Shown: positions 1 to 9,568, numbered from the stretch's first letter. The stretch is 64,000 nucleotides of DNA from Candidatus Staskawiczbacteria bacterium RIFCSPHIGHO2_01_FULL_39_25 (GCA_001820095.1 MHOO01000011.1:1958-65957); one strand, 5' to 3'. Notes: generated from the letters alone by a model not told the origin. Numbers and translations: made by a program.

Positions 1-138
1 TCCTAATTAACCTAATTATACTAATTAACCTAATCAAATCCTAAATCCTAATGCCAAAATTTTTAAAATGTTCTTTAGGAATTAGACATTTACCTGTTTA
101 GAAATTGATTAGAATAATTAGAGCAATTAGAATAATTC
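1..138. repeat. Empty periodic inverted-arm element, CTAATT-NNN 9-mer family (left end may be cut by window edge)
   Basis: cctaattaacctaattatactaattaacctaatca ... tgattagaataattagagcaattagaataatt; abuts ftsH ATG. Confidence 0.85.
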
Positions 139-1992
139 ATGAAGCTCAATCCTTTACTTAAAAATTTTATTTCCGTTATATTAATCCTCCTTATTGTCGG
201 GGGCATTTTCAGTGTTATTTATCTTCCTACGGAACAGCCAAATACTATTTCTCTTTCCCAGCTGGTGAGCGACATCAACCAAGATAAGGTTAAAAAAATT
301 ACCGTTTCAGGAGATAGCGTTAAAGTAACGTATACTGATAACAAAACGGCTGAATCCATGAAAGAAACAAATTCTGTTTTGCCTGACTTGCTAACAAATC
401 TGGGAGCCGATAAGGAAAAATTGAAAAAGATTGAAATTGAAGCATCGGTAAAGCAAGAAAGTGTCTGGTCGTGGCTGCTGCCGGCCTTAATCTATGGTAT
501 TCTGCCCCTGGTATTCATTGGGTTTTTCCTATGGACTATTATGAAGCAAGCAAGATCGGGAGCGGTACAGGTATTTGATTTTACGAAAGCAAAAGCCAGA
601 ATTTTTGGAGCCGAAGGGCACGGCAAGCAAAAAATTACTTTCAAAGATGTCGCCGGATTAAAAGAAGCAAAAGAAGAGCTGATAGAAATTGTAGATTTTT
701 TGAAATTTCCTAAAAAGTATTTGGCTATGGGAGCTAAGATACCAAGGGGTGTGTTGCTATTGGGACCCGCAGGCGTTGGAAAAACACTGCTTGCCAGAGC
801 TGTTGCCGGAGAAGCCAATGTGCCATTTTTTTCAATTTCCGGTTCAGAATTCGTTGAAATGTTTGTAGGGGTGGGTTCAGCCAGGGTGCGTGATTTATTT
901 TCAACCGCCAAGAAAGCTTCCCCATCTATTATTTTTATTGACGAACTGGACGCCATTGGAAGGCACCGGGGGGCTGGCATTGGAGGCGGCCATGACGAGC
1001 GAGAACAAACCCTCAACATGATTTTAGTGGAAATGGACGGCTTTGAAAAAGAATCTGGTGTCATTGTGATGGCAGCTACTAACCGGGGAGACATTTTAGA
1101 CCCTGCCCTGTTAAGGCCAGGCCGGTTTGACCGGAAGATTGTATTAGATCCGCCCGATGTCCATGACCGGGAAGAAATATTAAAGATCCACTCAAAAGAA
1201 AAACCGCTGGCTGAAAACATAAACTTTAAGGAAATTGCCGAACGAACCCCTGGTTTTTCCGGAGCCGATTTGGCCAACGTGGCAAACGAAGCGGCATTAC
1301 TGGCCGCACGGCAAAATAAAACGCAGGTATTCCAAACTGACTTTCTAGAAGCTATTGAAAAAGTATTGCTAGGCCCTGAACGGAAAAGCCATTTATTATC
1401 CAAAAAAGAAAAGGAAATTGCCGCCTACCATGAGGCCGGACATGCTTTGGTTTCCAGCTCAATTCCGGGAACCGAACCGGTCAGAAAAATATCCATTATT
1501 TCCAGGGGAATGGCCGGCGGCTATACATTGCAAGTGCCTAGTGAGTCAAACAAAATGAGGACAAAAACCCAGTTTTTAGCTGAAATTGCTACGTTGCTGG
1601 GGGGAATGTCCGCTGAACGATTGATATTTGGAGAAATGACTACCGGAGCATCAAATGATTTGGTGAAGGCTTCTGAATTAGCCAGAAGAATTGTAAAAGA
1701 GTACGGCATGTCTTCCTTGGGTCCTATCTCATTTGGAGATAAGGATGAAATGGTATTTTTGGGCAGGGAAATTTCAGAGCAAAGAAATTATTCTGAAGTG
1801 GTAGCCGAAAAAATTGACCGGGAAATTGAAACTATTATACGAGGCGCAGAAAAGAAAGCAGCAGAAATTGTAGCAAGGAAAAAAGATTTATTAGAGAAAA
1901 TCGCCAAAACGTTAATTGAAAAAGAAACGATAGAACGGGAGGAATTTGAAAAAATCATCGGCAACGGAAAAAAGAAAAACGGAAAAAAGTAA
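139..1992 (+). CDS. ftsH: ATP-dependent zinc metalloprotease FtsH
   Basis: 2 TM helices, Walker [30 protein letters not shown] zinc motif. Confidence 0.97.
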   Translation: MKLNPLLKNFISVILILLIVGGIFSVIYLPTEQPNTISLSQLVSDINQDKVKKITVSGDSVKVTYTDNKTAESMKETNSVLPDLLTNLGADKEKLKKIEIEASVKQESVWSWLLPALIYGILPLVFIGFFLWTIMKQARSGAVQVFDFTKAKARIFGAEGHGKQKITFKDVAGLKEAKEELIEIVDFLKFPKKYLAMGAKIPRGVLLLGPAGVGKTLLARAVAGEANVPFFSISGSEFVEMFVGVGSARVRDLFSTAKKASPSIIFIDELDAIGRHRGAGIGGGHDEREQTLNMILVEMDGFEKESGVIVMAATNRGDILDPALLRPGRFDRKIVLDPPDVHDREEILKIHSKEKPLAENINFKEIAERTPGFSGADLANVANEAALLAARQNKTQVFQTDFLEAIEKVLLGPERKSHLLSKKEKEIAAYHEAGHALVSSSIPGTEPVRKISIISRGMAGGYTLQVPSESNKMRTKTQFLAEIATLLGGMSAERLIFGEMTTGASNDLVKASELARRIVKEYGMSSLGPISFGDKDEMVFLGREISEQRNYSEVVAEKIDREIETIIRGAEKKAAEIVARKKDLLEKIAKTLIEKETIEREEFEKIIGNGKKKNGKK

Positions 1993-2044
1993 AAATGCTA
2001 GTCTTACAAATCTCACGGCCGTGATATTTGTAAGACTAGGAAAT

Positions 2045-2116
2045 GGGCCCATAGCTCAGCGGCAGAGCATTCCGCTTATATCGGACAGGTCCCAGGTTCG
2101 AATCCTGGTGGGCCCA
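2045..2116 (+). tRNA. tRNA-Ile(UAU)
   Basis: Cloverleaf GGGCCCA...TGGGCCCA; anticodon loop CT-TAT-AT; T-loop TTCGAAT. Confidence 0.9.
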
Positions 2117-2121
2117 CTAAT

Positions 2122-2958
2122 ATGGATAAAACAGACATCAAAAAATTCCAGGTCACCATCTGGAGTTTTTATAAAGCAAATAAGCGAAATTTCCCGTGGC
2201 GTAACACAACAGACCCCTATAAAATTCTCGTTTCTGAAATCATGCTCCAGCAAACGCAGGCCGATAGGGTGGTTGCATTTTACGAAAGATGGATTAAGCG
2301 CTTCCCTGGTATTACATCGCTTGCAAGTGCCAAATTTAGCGAAATTTACCCCTTCTGGCAAGGACTTGGCTACAACCGGCGCGCCTTGGCGTTGCAAAAA
2401 CTAGCTAAAGAAGTGGCAAGCGAGCATCAGGGAAAACTGCCAGTCGATATTGTTTTATTGCAACAACTGCCCGGCATAGGGCCGTACACGGCGCAAGCCA
2501 TCAGCATTTTCTCATATAACAGGCCTCTTACATGCTTAGAAACTAATATCCGCCGGGTTTTTATCCACCATTTCTTTCCAGAAGGCGACGCAGTAACCGA
2601 TGAGGAAATTTTACCGTTATTAGATTTGGCATTGCCTGCAAAAAGATCACGAGAATGGCATTGGGCGCTCATGGATTATGGCGCACACTTAAAAAGTACT
2701 GTCCCCAATCCAAACCGCCGTCATAAAAATTACAGCATACAATCAAAATTTGAAGGCTCCGTTAGACAAATAAGAGGATCAATATTGAGAAATTTGGCAG
2801 GGAAAAAGATGAGTTTTTCTGAATTAATGAAAATATATCCACCGCGGAACAACGCGGAATCTTATGCGGAAAAACGCGGAAAACTAAAAATTATTTTAGA
2901 CAGCATGGAAAAAGAAGAGTTAATAACCCACGACAAAAAAAATTATTCGTTAAAATAA
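2122..2958 (+). CDS. mutY: A/G-specific adenine DNA glycosylase MutY (short, no Fe-S cysteines)
   Basis: PWRNTTDPYKILVSEIMLQQTQ, WQGLGYNRRA, HhH LPGIGPYTA. Confidence 0.9.
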   Translation: MDKTDIKKFQVTIWSFYKANKRNFPWRNTTDPYKILVSEIMLQQTQADRVVAFYERWIKRFPGITSLASAKFSEIYPFWQGLGYNRRALALQKLAKEVASEHQGKLPVDIVLLQQLPGIGPYTAQAISIFSYNRPLTCLETNIRRVFIHHFFPEGDAVTDEEILPLLDLALPAKRSREWHWALMDYGAHLKSTVPNPNRRHKNYSIQSKFEGSVRQIRGSILRNLAGKKMSFSELMKIYPPRNNAESYAEKRGKLKIILDSMEKEELITHDKKNYSLK

Positions 2959-2961
2959 GGT

Positions 2962-3120
2962 ATGAAAAAGAAACCAGCTAAAATAAAAACTGACGAAAAA
3001 ATGACACCGTATATGGAAAAATGGATTGCGAAAGTTGAAAAAGATATAAAGGCAGGGAAAAATATGAGCGGACCCTTTCATTCAACTGAAGAGCTTATGA
3101 AGCATCTTAATAAAAAATAA
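2962..3120 (+). CDS. 52-aa protein resembling the C-terminus of RelB/DinJ-type antitoxins
   Basis: Read by eye, not in ORF track: MKKKPAKIKTDEKMTPYMEKWIAKVEKDIKAGKNMSGPFHSTEELMKHLNKK; fills the gap between mutY and tRNA-Val. Confidence 0.6.
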   Translation: MKKKPAKIKTDEKMTPYMEKWIAKVEKDIKAGKNMSGPFHSTEELMKHLNKK

Positions 3121-3127
3121 GAAGAGG

Positions 3128-3203
3128 GGGCGGTTAGCTCAATTGGTAGAGCGCGAAATTGACGTTTTCGAGGCAATAGGTTCGAATCCTATACCGCCCA
3201 CCA
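3128..3203 (+). tRNA. tRNA-Val(GAC)
   Basis: Cloverleaf, CGAAA-TTGACGT-TTTCG, encoded CCA. Confidence 0.95.
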
Positions 3204-3207
3204 ATAT

Positions 3208-3927
3208 ATGAATTTAAAAATACTCTACGAAGACAACGATGCGCTGGTGATAGACAAACCTGCGGGAATCGTTGTTTTCCCAGAAGGCGAAACAAAAGGA
3301 AATACGGTGATTGATGCACTTTTAGAAAAATATCCGGATTTAAAAAGCGTAGGAGAGGCGCCGCGATACGGAATTGTCCATAGGCTTGATAAAGACACTT
3401 CTGGCCTGTTATTGGTGGCAAAAACTACGAAAGTCTTGATTTTTCTGCAAAAACAGTTTAAAAATAGAGAGGTAGAAAAGAAATATACCGCACTTGTTTG
3501 CGGAACAGCAAAAGACGACTACGGCGAGATTAAAACCCTTATTGGCAGGTCGCCCCAAGACCCCAGAAAACAGAAAGCATATTCCCTAGAAGAACTTAAT
3601 AAAATAGGCAAACGAGAAGCAATTACAGAATACAAAGTTTTAGAACGCTTTGAAAAATACACGTTATTGGAAGTACAGATAAAAACGGGCAGGAAGCATC
3701 AAATACGGTGCCATTTAGCCTACATCCACCATCCAATTGCAGGAGATAAAACGTATGGATTCAAAGATTCGCCTATGCCTGAAGGATTAACCAGGCAATT
3801 CCTGCATGCGTCATATTTGAAAATACAATTATCAAACGGCCAAACCAAGGAATTTAGGTCAGAATTGCCGGAAGAATTAGAAATAGTAATTAAGAATATA
3901 GAATCTGGTATCTTGAATCTGGAATAG
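3208..3927 (+). CDS. RluA/RluD family pseudouridine synthase
   Basis: IDKPAG, HRLDKDTSG catalytic motif, TGRKHQIR. Confidence 0.95.
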   Translation: MNLKILYEDNDALVIDKPAGIVVFPEGETKGNTVIDALLEKYPDLKSVGEAPRYGIVHRLDKDTSGLLLVAKTTKVLIFLQKQFKNREVEKKYTALVCGTAKDDYGEIKTLIGRSPQDPRKQKAYSLEELNKIGKREAITEYKVLERFEKYTLLEVQIKTGRKHQIRCHLAYIHHPIAGDKTYGFKDSPMPEGLTRQFLHASYLKIQLSNGQTKEFRSELPEELEIVIKNIESGILNLE

Positions 3928-4008
3928 AATATGGAATAAAGAATATTTAAGATATATTCTAAATTCAAAATTCCATTCAAGCTACTAGATACTGAATTCA
4001 AGATTCAA
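3893..4008. repeat. Empty periodic inverted-arm element, TAGAAT/ATTCAAG family
   Basis: agaatatagaatctggtatcttgaatctggaatagaat ... ttccattcaagctactagatactgaattcaagattca; similar to 31546 and 33161 copies. Confidence 0.8.
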
Positions 4009-4014
4009 AATAAA

Positions 4015-4443
4015 ATGTCAACCTTAACCGAAAAATTTAATACATCGCAAGAGAAAAAAATGCCGGATATCCGCCCTGGCGATCTTGTTAAAGTCCACCA
4101 AAAAATAAAAGAAGGAGATAAAGAACGAATACAAATATTTGAAGGAATCGTTATTGCCCGAAAACATGGCAAAGGTGTTTCAAGCACTATCACGGTAAGA
4201 AAGGTGGTAGAAGGGATTGGAGTAGAAAGAATATTTCCAGTGCACTCTCCTTCTATAGAAAAAATAGAAGTGGTAAAATCAAGCAAGGTGCGAAGGTCAA
4301 AACTGTATTATTTAAGGACTGCCAAGGGCACGAAAGCAAAATTGAAAAATAAAGAATTTGCTTCAGTTATTACTGAAAAAGAACCTGAAATTACAGAATC
4401 AGCTCCGGAAACTCCTACAGAAAAACCAGAAGAAATTACATAA
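4015..4443 (+). CDS. rplS: 50S ribosomal protein L19
   Basis: [37 protein letters not shown]. Confidence 0.97.
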   Translation: MSTLTEKFNTSQEKKMPDIRPGDLVKVHQKIKEGDKERIQIFEGIVIARKHGKGVSSTITVRKVVEGIGVERIFPVHSPSIEKIEVVKSSKVRRSKLYYLRTAKGTKAKLKNKEFASVITEKEPEITESAPETPTEKPEEIT

Positions 4444-4449
4444 AAATGT

Positions 4450-4536
4450 GCGCGGGTGGCGAAATTGGCAGACGCATATCCTTGAGGTGGATACGCTTTA
4501 AAAAGCGTGCAGGTTCGACTCCTGTCCCGCGCACCA
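4450..4536 (+). tRNA. tRNA-Leu(GAG)
   Basis: TATCC-TTGAGGT-GGATA, long variable arm, CCA. Confidence 0.95.
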
Positions 4537-4552
4537 GCTCTTTTTTTAATTA

Positions 4553-4625
4553 GGGCGCTTAGCTCAGTTGGTAGAGCAGGATATTTACACTATCAAGGTC
4601 GGGGGTTCGAGTCCCTCAGCGCCCA
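4553..4625 (+). tRNA. tRNA-Val(UAC)
   Basis: Cloverleaf, anticodon loop TT-TAC-AC. Confidence 0.93.
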
Positions 4626-4674
4626 CAGTTTCATAATTAGACTGCTGTGTTATAATGCATATAACATATAATTA

Positions 4675-5346
4675 ATGGGTTTAATTATGAAACTTAAAGA
4701 AAAAATATTAGCCCGCGAATTAAGAAGTAGGGGACTTTCATTGAATGAAATAATTACAGAAACAGGATTTGCAAAGGGTTCAGTAAGTCTTTGGGTCAGA
4801 GATATTGAACTAACTTTTGATCAGAAAAAGAATCTTTCTCAAAAGGGCTTAACTAAAGAGGCTATTGAAAAAAGAAGGATCACAAGGCTAAGTAGAGAAA
4901 ATGCCAGAAGACAGCTTATTATTGATAATGCTAAAAAAGAAATAAAAGCGACATCTTTGGCGGAATTAAAACTAATAGGGGCAATGTTATATTGGGCTGA
5001 AGGAGGCAAGACTCATGGCATTGCAAGACTTTCTAATGGCGATCCTAATGTAATTAAAGTCATGATGGAGTTTTTTAGAAAAATCTGTAATGTTCCAGAA
5101 AAAAAATTTAGAGGATATATTCACATTCATCCCCATCTCGATGTTAAAAGAGCTGAAATTTACTGGTCAGGAGTCTCGGGTATTCCATTAAATCAATTCT
5201 ATAAGACATATAATAAAATAAATAAAAGTAGTAAAAATAAAAGGGGCTCTCTACCTTTTGGAACGTTTGATATCTATGTTTGCAACACAGAATTACTTTT
5301 GAAAATTAAGGGCTGGATTGAGGGCATATACAAGAATATTATCTAA
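4675..5346 (+). CDS. Hypothetical protein: N-terminal HTH plus LAGLIDADG-like motif, inside a tRNA cluster
   Basis: LRSRGLSLNEIITETGFAKGSVSLW (HTH-like); LIGAMLYWAEGGK (LAGLIDADG-like); basic protein; start may be 4687. Confidence 0.6.
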   Translation: MGLIMKLKEKILARELRSRGLSLNEIITETGFAKGSVSLWVRDIELTFDQKKNLSQKGLTKEAIEKRRITRLSRENARRQLIIDNAKKEIKATSLAELKLIGAMLYWAEGGKTHGIARLSNGDPNVIKVMMEFFRKICNVPEKKFRGYIHIHPHLDVKRAEIYWSGVSGIPLNQFYKTYNKINKSSKNKRGSLPFGTFDIYVCNTELLLKIKGWIEGIYKNII

Positions 5347-5352
5347 AAATCA

Positions 5353-5424
5353 GCCGTGGTAGCTCATTGGCAGAGCAGACGCCTGAAGAGCGCCTGGTAG
5401 GGAGTTCGATTCTCCCCCGCGGCA
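5353..5424 (+). tRNA. tRNA-Phe(GAA)
   Basis: Cloverleaf, anticodon loop CT-GAA-GA. Confidence 0.93.
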
Positions 5425-5444
5425 CAAAAAAATCGCGAAGCGAT

Positions 5445-5519
5445 TTTAGTTATTAGTTGATAGTTAGCAGTTGTTAGAAAAAAAATCTAGAAACTAACGA
5501 CTAAAGACTAATAACTATT
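5445..5519. repeat. Empty periodic inverted-arm element, TAG 7-mer type
   Basis: ttagttattagttgatagttagcagttgttag ... ctaacgactaaagactaataacta, between two tRNAs. Confidence 0.75.
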
Positions 5520-5537
5520 TTGGCCTCGCCAAAATAT

Positions 5538-5611
5538 GCGGGTATAGCACAATGGTAGTGCATTTGGTTGCCAATCAAAGTACACGGGTTCGATTCCCGT
5601 TACCCGCTCCA
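5538..5611 (+). tRNA. tRNA-Gly(GCC)
   Basis: TTTGG-TTGCCAA-TCAAA, CCA. Confidence 0.95.
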
Positions 5612-5620
5612 CAGTTTTTT

Positions 5621-5632
5621 GTTCTTTTACAA
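5621..5632 (+). promoter_or_regulatory. boxA-like motif
   Basis: GTTCTTTTACAA followed by SD AAGGA; recurs before other accessory genes. Confidence 0.5.
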
Positions 5633-5641
5633 GGAAAAACC

Positions 5642-6097
5642 ATGGAACTTAATGCATCGCATTCTTTCCATCAAATTCTTCCTTGGCTTGCATTTTCGAA
5701 ACCAGCTGACCAATGGCTGGAATCTATGAGAGGGCAAACCATTGAAGCTCAACTGGAAAGCAGAAGAATAACAAAGGTTTGCGTCGAAGAAATGATCTCA
5801 ACCGCAGCGATAGGCATAGGAAAAGACAATAACCTTACCGTATATTTTAATTATTATGGGACTTCACTGCAAGATTGCATTGAATCGTTAGGCCATGAAA
5901 TTGGCCATACATTTCACTATGACTTATCTAAAACTCCGCCGATAAAAATAACTGATGATGATAGAGATGAAAAGTTGCTGTATATCATTGAAGATTTTTG
6001 CAACTTGTTTTCCTTAAAATGGATAATGGTCAATGATAAAAAAGAAATTGAACGATGCTGCAAGAAAGCGGGAGTCCGGTTTCACAATAATTCTTAG
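5642..6097 (+). CDS. Hypothetical HExxH metallopeptidase-like (ImmA/IrrE-like) protein
   Basis: SLGHEIGH followed by IEDFCNLF; ATG 5642 after SD (the ORF-track start overlaps tRNA-Gly). Confidence 0.6.
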   Translation: MELNASHSFHQILPWLAFSKPADQWLESMRGQTIEAQLESRRITKVCVEEMISTAAIGIGKDNNLTVYFNYYGTSLQDCIESLGHEIGHTFHYDLSKTPPIKITDDDRDEKLLYIIEDFCNLFSLKWIMVNDKKEIERCCKKAGVRFHNNS

Positions 6098-6273
6098 AGC
6101 CTATATAATAGGCTTTTTTTTATTTAGAAAAAAGAGAAAAAACCCTAAAAATCAGCGCTTTTTTGGCGGTTTTCGGCAAGATTGACGCTTTTAAGAAAAT
6201 ATGGCGTAGCTATTGACAAGGGTACTTAAATGTGCTAAGATTAAAGTATGATCCCGAAAAGGGATTTTTTATT

Positions 6274-6777
6274 ATGAAAAACACTATTTTTAAGAGTAAA
6301 TCCCCTATTATTAGCTCTATAGTAATAGGCGTTATATCTGGAATAGTATTGTATGGGACATTCGTTCCAGAAACCATCAACGCCGATCTTAAAAACTCGG
6401 CTCCTTTGGCCAACCAGTCAACACTGGTTAAAAACGGCCATCTAACCATTTGCAAGCTAGACAGATCTTCTTACGAAGTGGTTAAAAAGGTAAAAATGAT
6501 GGTTACGGCTTATTCAAGCACCGAAGACCAAACGGATGATACGCCGTTTATTACCGCTTCAGGCAAAAAGGTGGCTGATGGAATTATTGCCAATAACATG
6601 CTGCCATTTGGAACTAAAATAAGGATTCCAGAGCTCTACGGAGATAAGATTTTTACCGTAGAAGACAGGATGCATAAAAGAAAAGGCCACTACCAAGCTG
6701 ATATTTGGTTTGAAGAGCATATAGAAGCTAAAAACTTCGGGGCAAAAGTTGCCAATATAGAAGTGGTAGAGAGTTAA
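6274..6777 (+). CDS. 3D-domain protein (peptidoglycan lytic-transglycosylase-like)
   Basis: N-terminal TM; VTAYSSTEDQTDDTPFITASG, LPFGTKIRIP, VEDRM, ADIW. Confidence 0.85.
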   Translation: MKNTIFKSKSPIISSIVIGVISGIVLYGTFVPETINADLKNSAPLANQSTLVKNGHLTICKLDRSSYEVVKKVKMMVTAYSSTEDQTDDTPFITASGKKVADGIIANNMLPFGTKIRIPELYGDKIFTVEDRMHKRKGHYQADIWFEEHIEAKNFGAKVANIEVVES

Positions 6778-6793
6778 AAAATCTGAATCATTA

Positions 6794-6829
6794 AGCAAAA
6801 AGCCGCGTTAGAACGCGGCTTTTTGCTTT
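6794..6829 (+). terminator. Intrinsic terminator (bidirectional shape)
   Basis: gcaaaaagccgcgtt-ag-aacgcggctttttgc. Confidence 0.75.
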
Positions 6830-6929
6830 TACGCAAGCCGCCTACGCGATGTAAAATTAATTTGATACTAACCCTTAAAAAGGATATTATTAAATAAAGG
6901 CATCAAACTATAATTAAAGATATAAAAAT

Positions 6930-7523
6930 ATGGGATATGCTAACTTGCAAAAAGGTTTTACAATGATCGCAGTCGTAGCGATTGTTGTTTTAGCCATGGT
7001 AATCGGAGGGGTAGTATACTTCGTTACCAGGCAAGAACCCTCAATCAATGAAACGATAGAAAAAGATAACGCCATGATGGACAAGGAAAACAACGATATG
7101 ATGGATGGCAAAATCATGCCTTCAGAATCTCAAGCGGGAATGATGAAATATTCAGGCGCGATACTTGCTGGCACATCAGCTGTTTTGCTTGACTTTACCA
7201 AGGCAGATTACGATGCTGCGTTAAATACTGATAAGCTCATCGTTCTTTATTTTTATGCCAACTGGTGCCCGATTTGCAGGGCTGAATTCCCGATCATGCA
7301 GAAAGCATTTAATGAACTAAACACCGACAAGGCAGTTGGTTTTCGGGTGAACTATAACGATAGTGAAACCGATAATGATGAGAAGAACTTAGCCAGACAG
7401 TTTGGAGTTGCCTATCAGCATACCAAAGTTTTCATTAAAAACGGCCGAAGAATTTTAAAGTCGCCCGAGAGCTGGGATAACAAACGCTACCATGCGGAGA
7501 TCGGTAAAGCATTAACCCAATAA
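6930..7523 (+). CDS. Membrane-anchored thioredoxin family protein
   Basis: N-terminal TM; FYANWCPIC. Confidence 0.88.
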   Translation: MGYANLQKGFTMIAVVAIVVLAMVIGGVVYFVTRQEPSINETIEKDNAMMDKENNDMMDGKIMPSESQAGMMKYSGAILAGTSAVLLDFTKADYDAALNTDKLIVLYFYANWCPICRAEFPIMQKAFNELNTDKAVGFRVNYNDSETDNDEKNLARQFGVAYQHTKVFIKNGRRILKSPESWDNKRYHAEIGKALTQ

Positions 7524-7538
7524 CATACATAATATACT

Positions 7539-8246
7539 ATGGTTCAAAGCATCTTTATCGGAGCATTTTTAGGAGGGCTTGTTTCGTTCCTTGCCCCCTG
7601 CGTTCTACCTATCATCCCCGGCTTTCTTGCCTATTTGGCGGGAGCTAGCACCACAAGAGCCGAAGCAAAGCGCAGAGAAATATTCATTAATAGCATTTTT
7701 TTTGTATCGGGATTTTCCATTGTCTTTGCGCTTCTCGGCGTACTCCTGAATACGCTCCTTGAAAATATCGCTTACGATGTCCAGATCTGGCTGTCGCGCC
7801 TTGGAGGCGTGATGATTATTTTTTTCGGGCTCTATTTGGTGGGGTTAATCAAAGTTCCTTTCTTAGAAAGAGAATACAAATTTGGCGTAAAAACTAGGTT
7901 CAAATCCCGCTATGCCACCTCATTTCTCTTTGGTTTGGCCTTTGCCGCAGGATGGACGCCGTGCGTTGGCCCCGCGCTCGGGGTTATCCTTGGCCTTGCC
8001 GCTACCCAGCCCGGATCAGCTTTTTTCCTTCTTCTAACCTATGCCCTGGGACTGGGAGTTCCATTCCTCATTGTTGGCGCATTTACCGGCCAAGCTGCTG
8101 AATTTATCAAGCGGCATGCCATAGAGCTTAGATACCTTAATATTATTTTTGGCGTTATTCTCCTGGCTCTTGGTGTTCTTATATTCACCCAGAAACTTTC
8201 TCTGATCGCCAACTTTGAATTTTTAAACAGCATACTTCTCAAATAA
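7539..8246 (+). CDS. ccdA: Cytochrome c biogenesis protein CcdA (DsbD transmembrane domain)
   Basis: SFLAPCVLPIIP and WTPCVGP, multiple TM. Confidence 0.92.
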   Translation: MVQSIFIGAFLGGLVSFLAPCVLPIIPGFLAYLAGASTTRAEAKRREIFINSIFFVSGFSIVFALLGVLLNTLLENIAYDVQIWLSRLGGVMIIFFGLYLVGLIKVPFLEREYKFGVKTRFKSRYATSFLFGLAFAAGWTPCVGPALGVILGLAATQPGSAFFLLLTYALGLGVPFLIVGAFTGQAAEFIKRHAIELRYLNIIFGVILLALGVLIFTQKLSLIANFEFLNSILLK

Positions 8247-8250
8247 GATC

Positions 8251-9315
8251 ATGATCGCTCCAAAACCTTATCTTCTCGCAGCAATGCTTATCCTGATTGG
8301 AGGAGCAATTTATCTTATAAGCTTATATAGCATACCAAGAACGGGGCCAAACGAGCCAGTGACAGTTGCGCCCAGGACATCTGGGAAAAGTCAAATCTAC
8401 GAATTGGCCAAAGAGATTACTACGCCTGACGGATTTATAAACACCAATGGTAAATCCATCACGATCAACGAACTTATAGGCAAAAAGGTTATTTTAATTG
8501 ATTTTTGGACCTACAGTTGCATCAATTGCCAACGCACTACGCCGTATCTCAATGCGTGGTATGAAAAATATAAAGATAAAGGGCTTGTTATTATTGGAAT
8601 CCACACGCCCGAATTTGAATTTGAAAAAGATTATAATAACGTGAAAGCGGCCGTTGAAAAATTCGGCATCGCATTCCCTGTGGTGCTTGATAATGATTAT
8701 TCTACCTGGACGGCGTATAAAAACCGCTACTGGCCGCGAAAATATTTAATAGATATCGATGGGTATATTGTTTACGATCATATCGGCGAAGGAGCCTATG
8801 AAGAAACAGAAAAGGAAATTCAAGAGGCGCTCTCCGAGCGGATGACAATTTTGGGAGAAGGCGGCGCCATAAATCAATCCATTACCAAAGAAACTCCCAG
8901 TTATAGCGGAGCAAAAAGCCCGGAAACGTACTTCGGCGCGTTTCGCAACCAATTACTTGGGAATGGCGCGCAAGGCGTAGTCGGAAATCAACGGGGCCTT
9001 ACCATTCCTCAAGAACCCAAACTCAATACGCTTTACCTTGCAGGAGATTGGAATATTGCCAATGAGTTTGCCGAAAATAAAACAGGCCAAGCTAAGATAA
9101 TTTTCCGATACGAGGCTAAGAGCGTTTATTTTGTAGCTGGTTCAGAAAATGATGTGAAGATTAAAATTATCAAAGACGGCGAAATTGTTGGCGAGCAAAA
9201 CGTTCACTCACACAAACTTTATAATCTTATTGAAGATTCAGAGCTTGGCAACCATACGCTTGAAATTATCATTGAAAACCCAGGCCTTCGCGCTTATACC
9301 TTTACCTTTGGTTAA
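8251..9315 (+). CDS. Thioredoxin/redoxin protein with DipZ C-terminal domain
   Basis: DFWTYSCINC, HTPEFEFEK, NRYWP, SPETY, C-terminal AYTFTFG. Confidence 0.88.
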   Translation: MIAPKPYLLAAMLILIGGAIYLISLYSIPRTGPNEPVTVAPRTSGKSQIYELAKEITTPDGFINTNGKSITINELIGKKVILIDFWTYSCINCQRTTPYLNAWYEKYKDKGLVIIGIHTPEFEFEKDYNNVKAAVEKFGIAFPVVLDNDYSTWTAYKNRYWPRKYLIDIDGYIVYDHIGEGAYEETEKEIQEALSERMTILGEGGAINQSITKETPSYSGAKSPETYFGAFRNQLLGNGAQGVVGNQRGLTIPQEPKLNTLYLAGDWNIANEFAENKTGQAKIIFRYEAKSVYFVAGSENDVKIKIIKDGEIVGEQNVHSHKLYNLIEDSELGNHTLEIIIENPGLRAYTFTFG

Positions 9316-9370
9316 TTCAATCTGAATAGCACCAAACTAAAAACTTGCTATCAATAGCAAGTTTTTAGTT

Positions 9371-9457
9371 TGGTGCCCGAGGTGGGACTCGAACCCACAA
9401 GATATTACTATCGGTAGATCTTAAGTCTACTGCGGTTGCCAATTTCGCCACTCGGGC
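9371..9457 (-). tRNA. tRNA-Leu(UAA)
   Basis: GTAGA-CTTAAGA-TCTAC, long variable arm, CCA. Confidence 0.95.
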
Positions 9458-9476
9458 ATTATTATATCAAAACATG

Positions 9477-9548
9477 AGGCCTGGGCGAGAATCGCACTCG
9501 CGTATAAGGGTTTTGCAGACCCTTGCTTTACTACTTAGCTACCAGGCC
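9477..9548 (-). tRNA. tRNA-Cys(GCA)
   Basis: AGGGT-CTGCAAA-ACCCT; U73; T-loop variant TGCGATT. Confidence 0.9.
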
Positions 9549-9568
9549 GTGTTTTAGTTTAATTTACC

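Noticed and set aside
492-1403. Long antisense and overlapping ORFs in the track (e.g. 492-1403, 1946-2404, 36507-37043, 40433-41062)
   Set aside because: Shadows of well-supported genes or tRNAs with no recognisable motifs.
6246-6273. Riboswitch upstream of the 3D-domain gene
   Set aside because: Only one small hairpin (atccc-gaaaa-gggat); no aptamer consensus recognisable.
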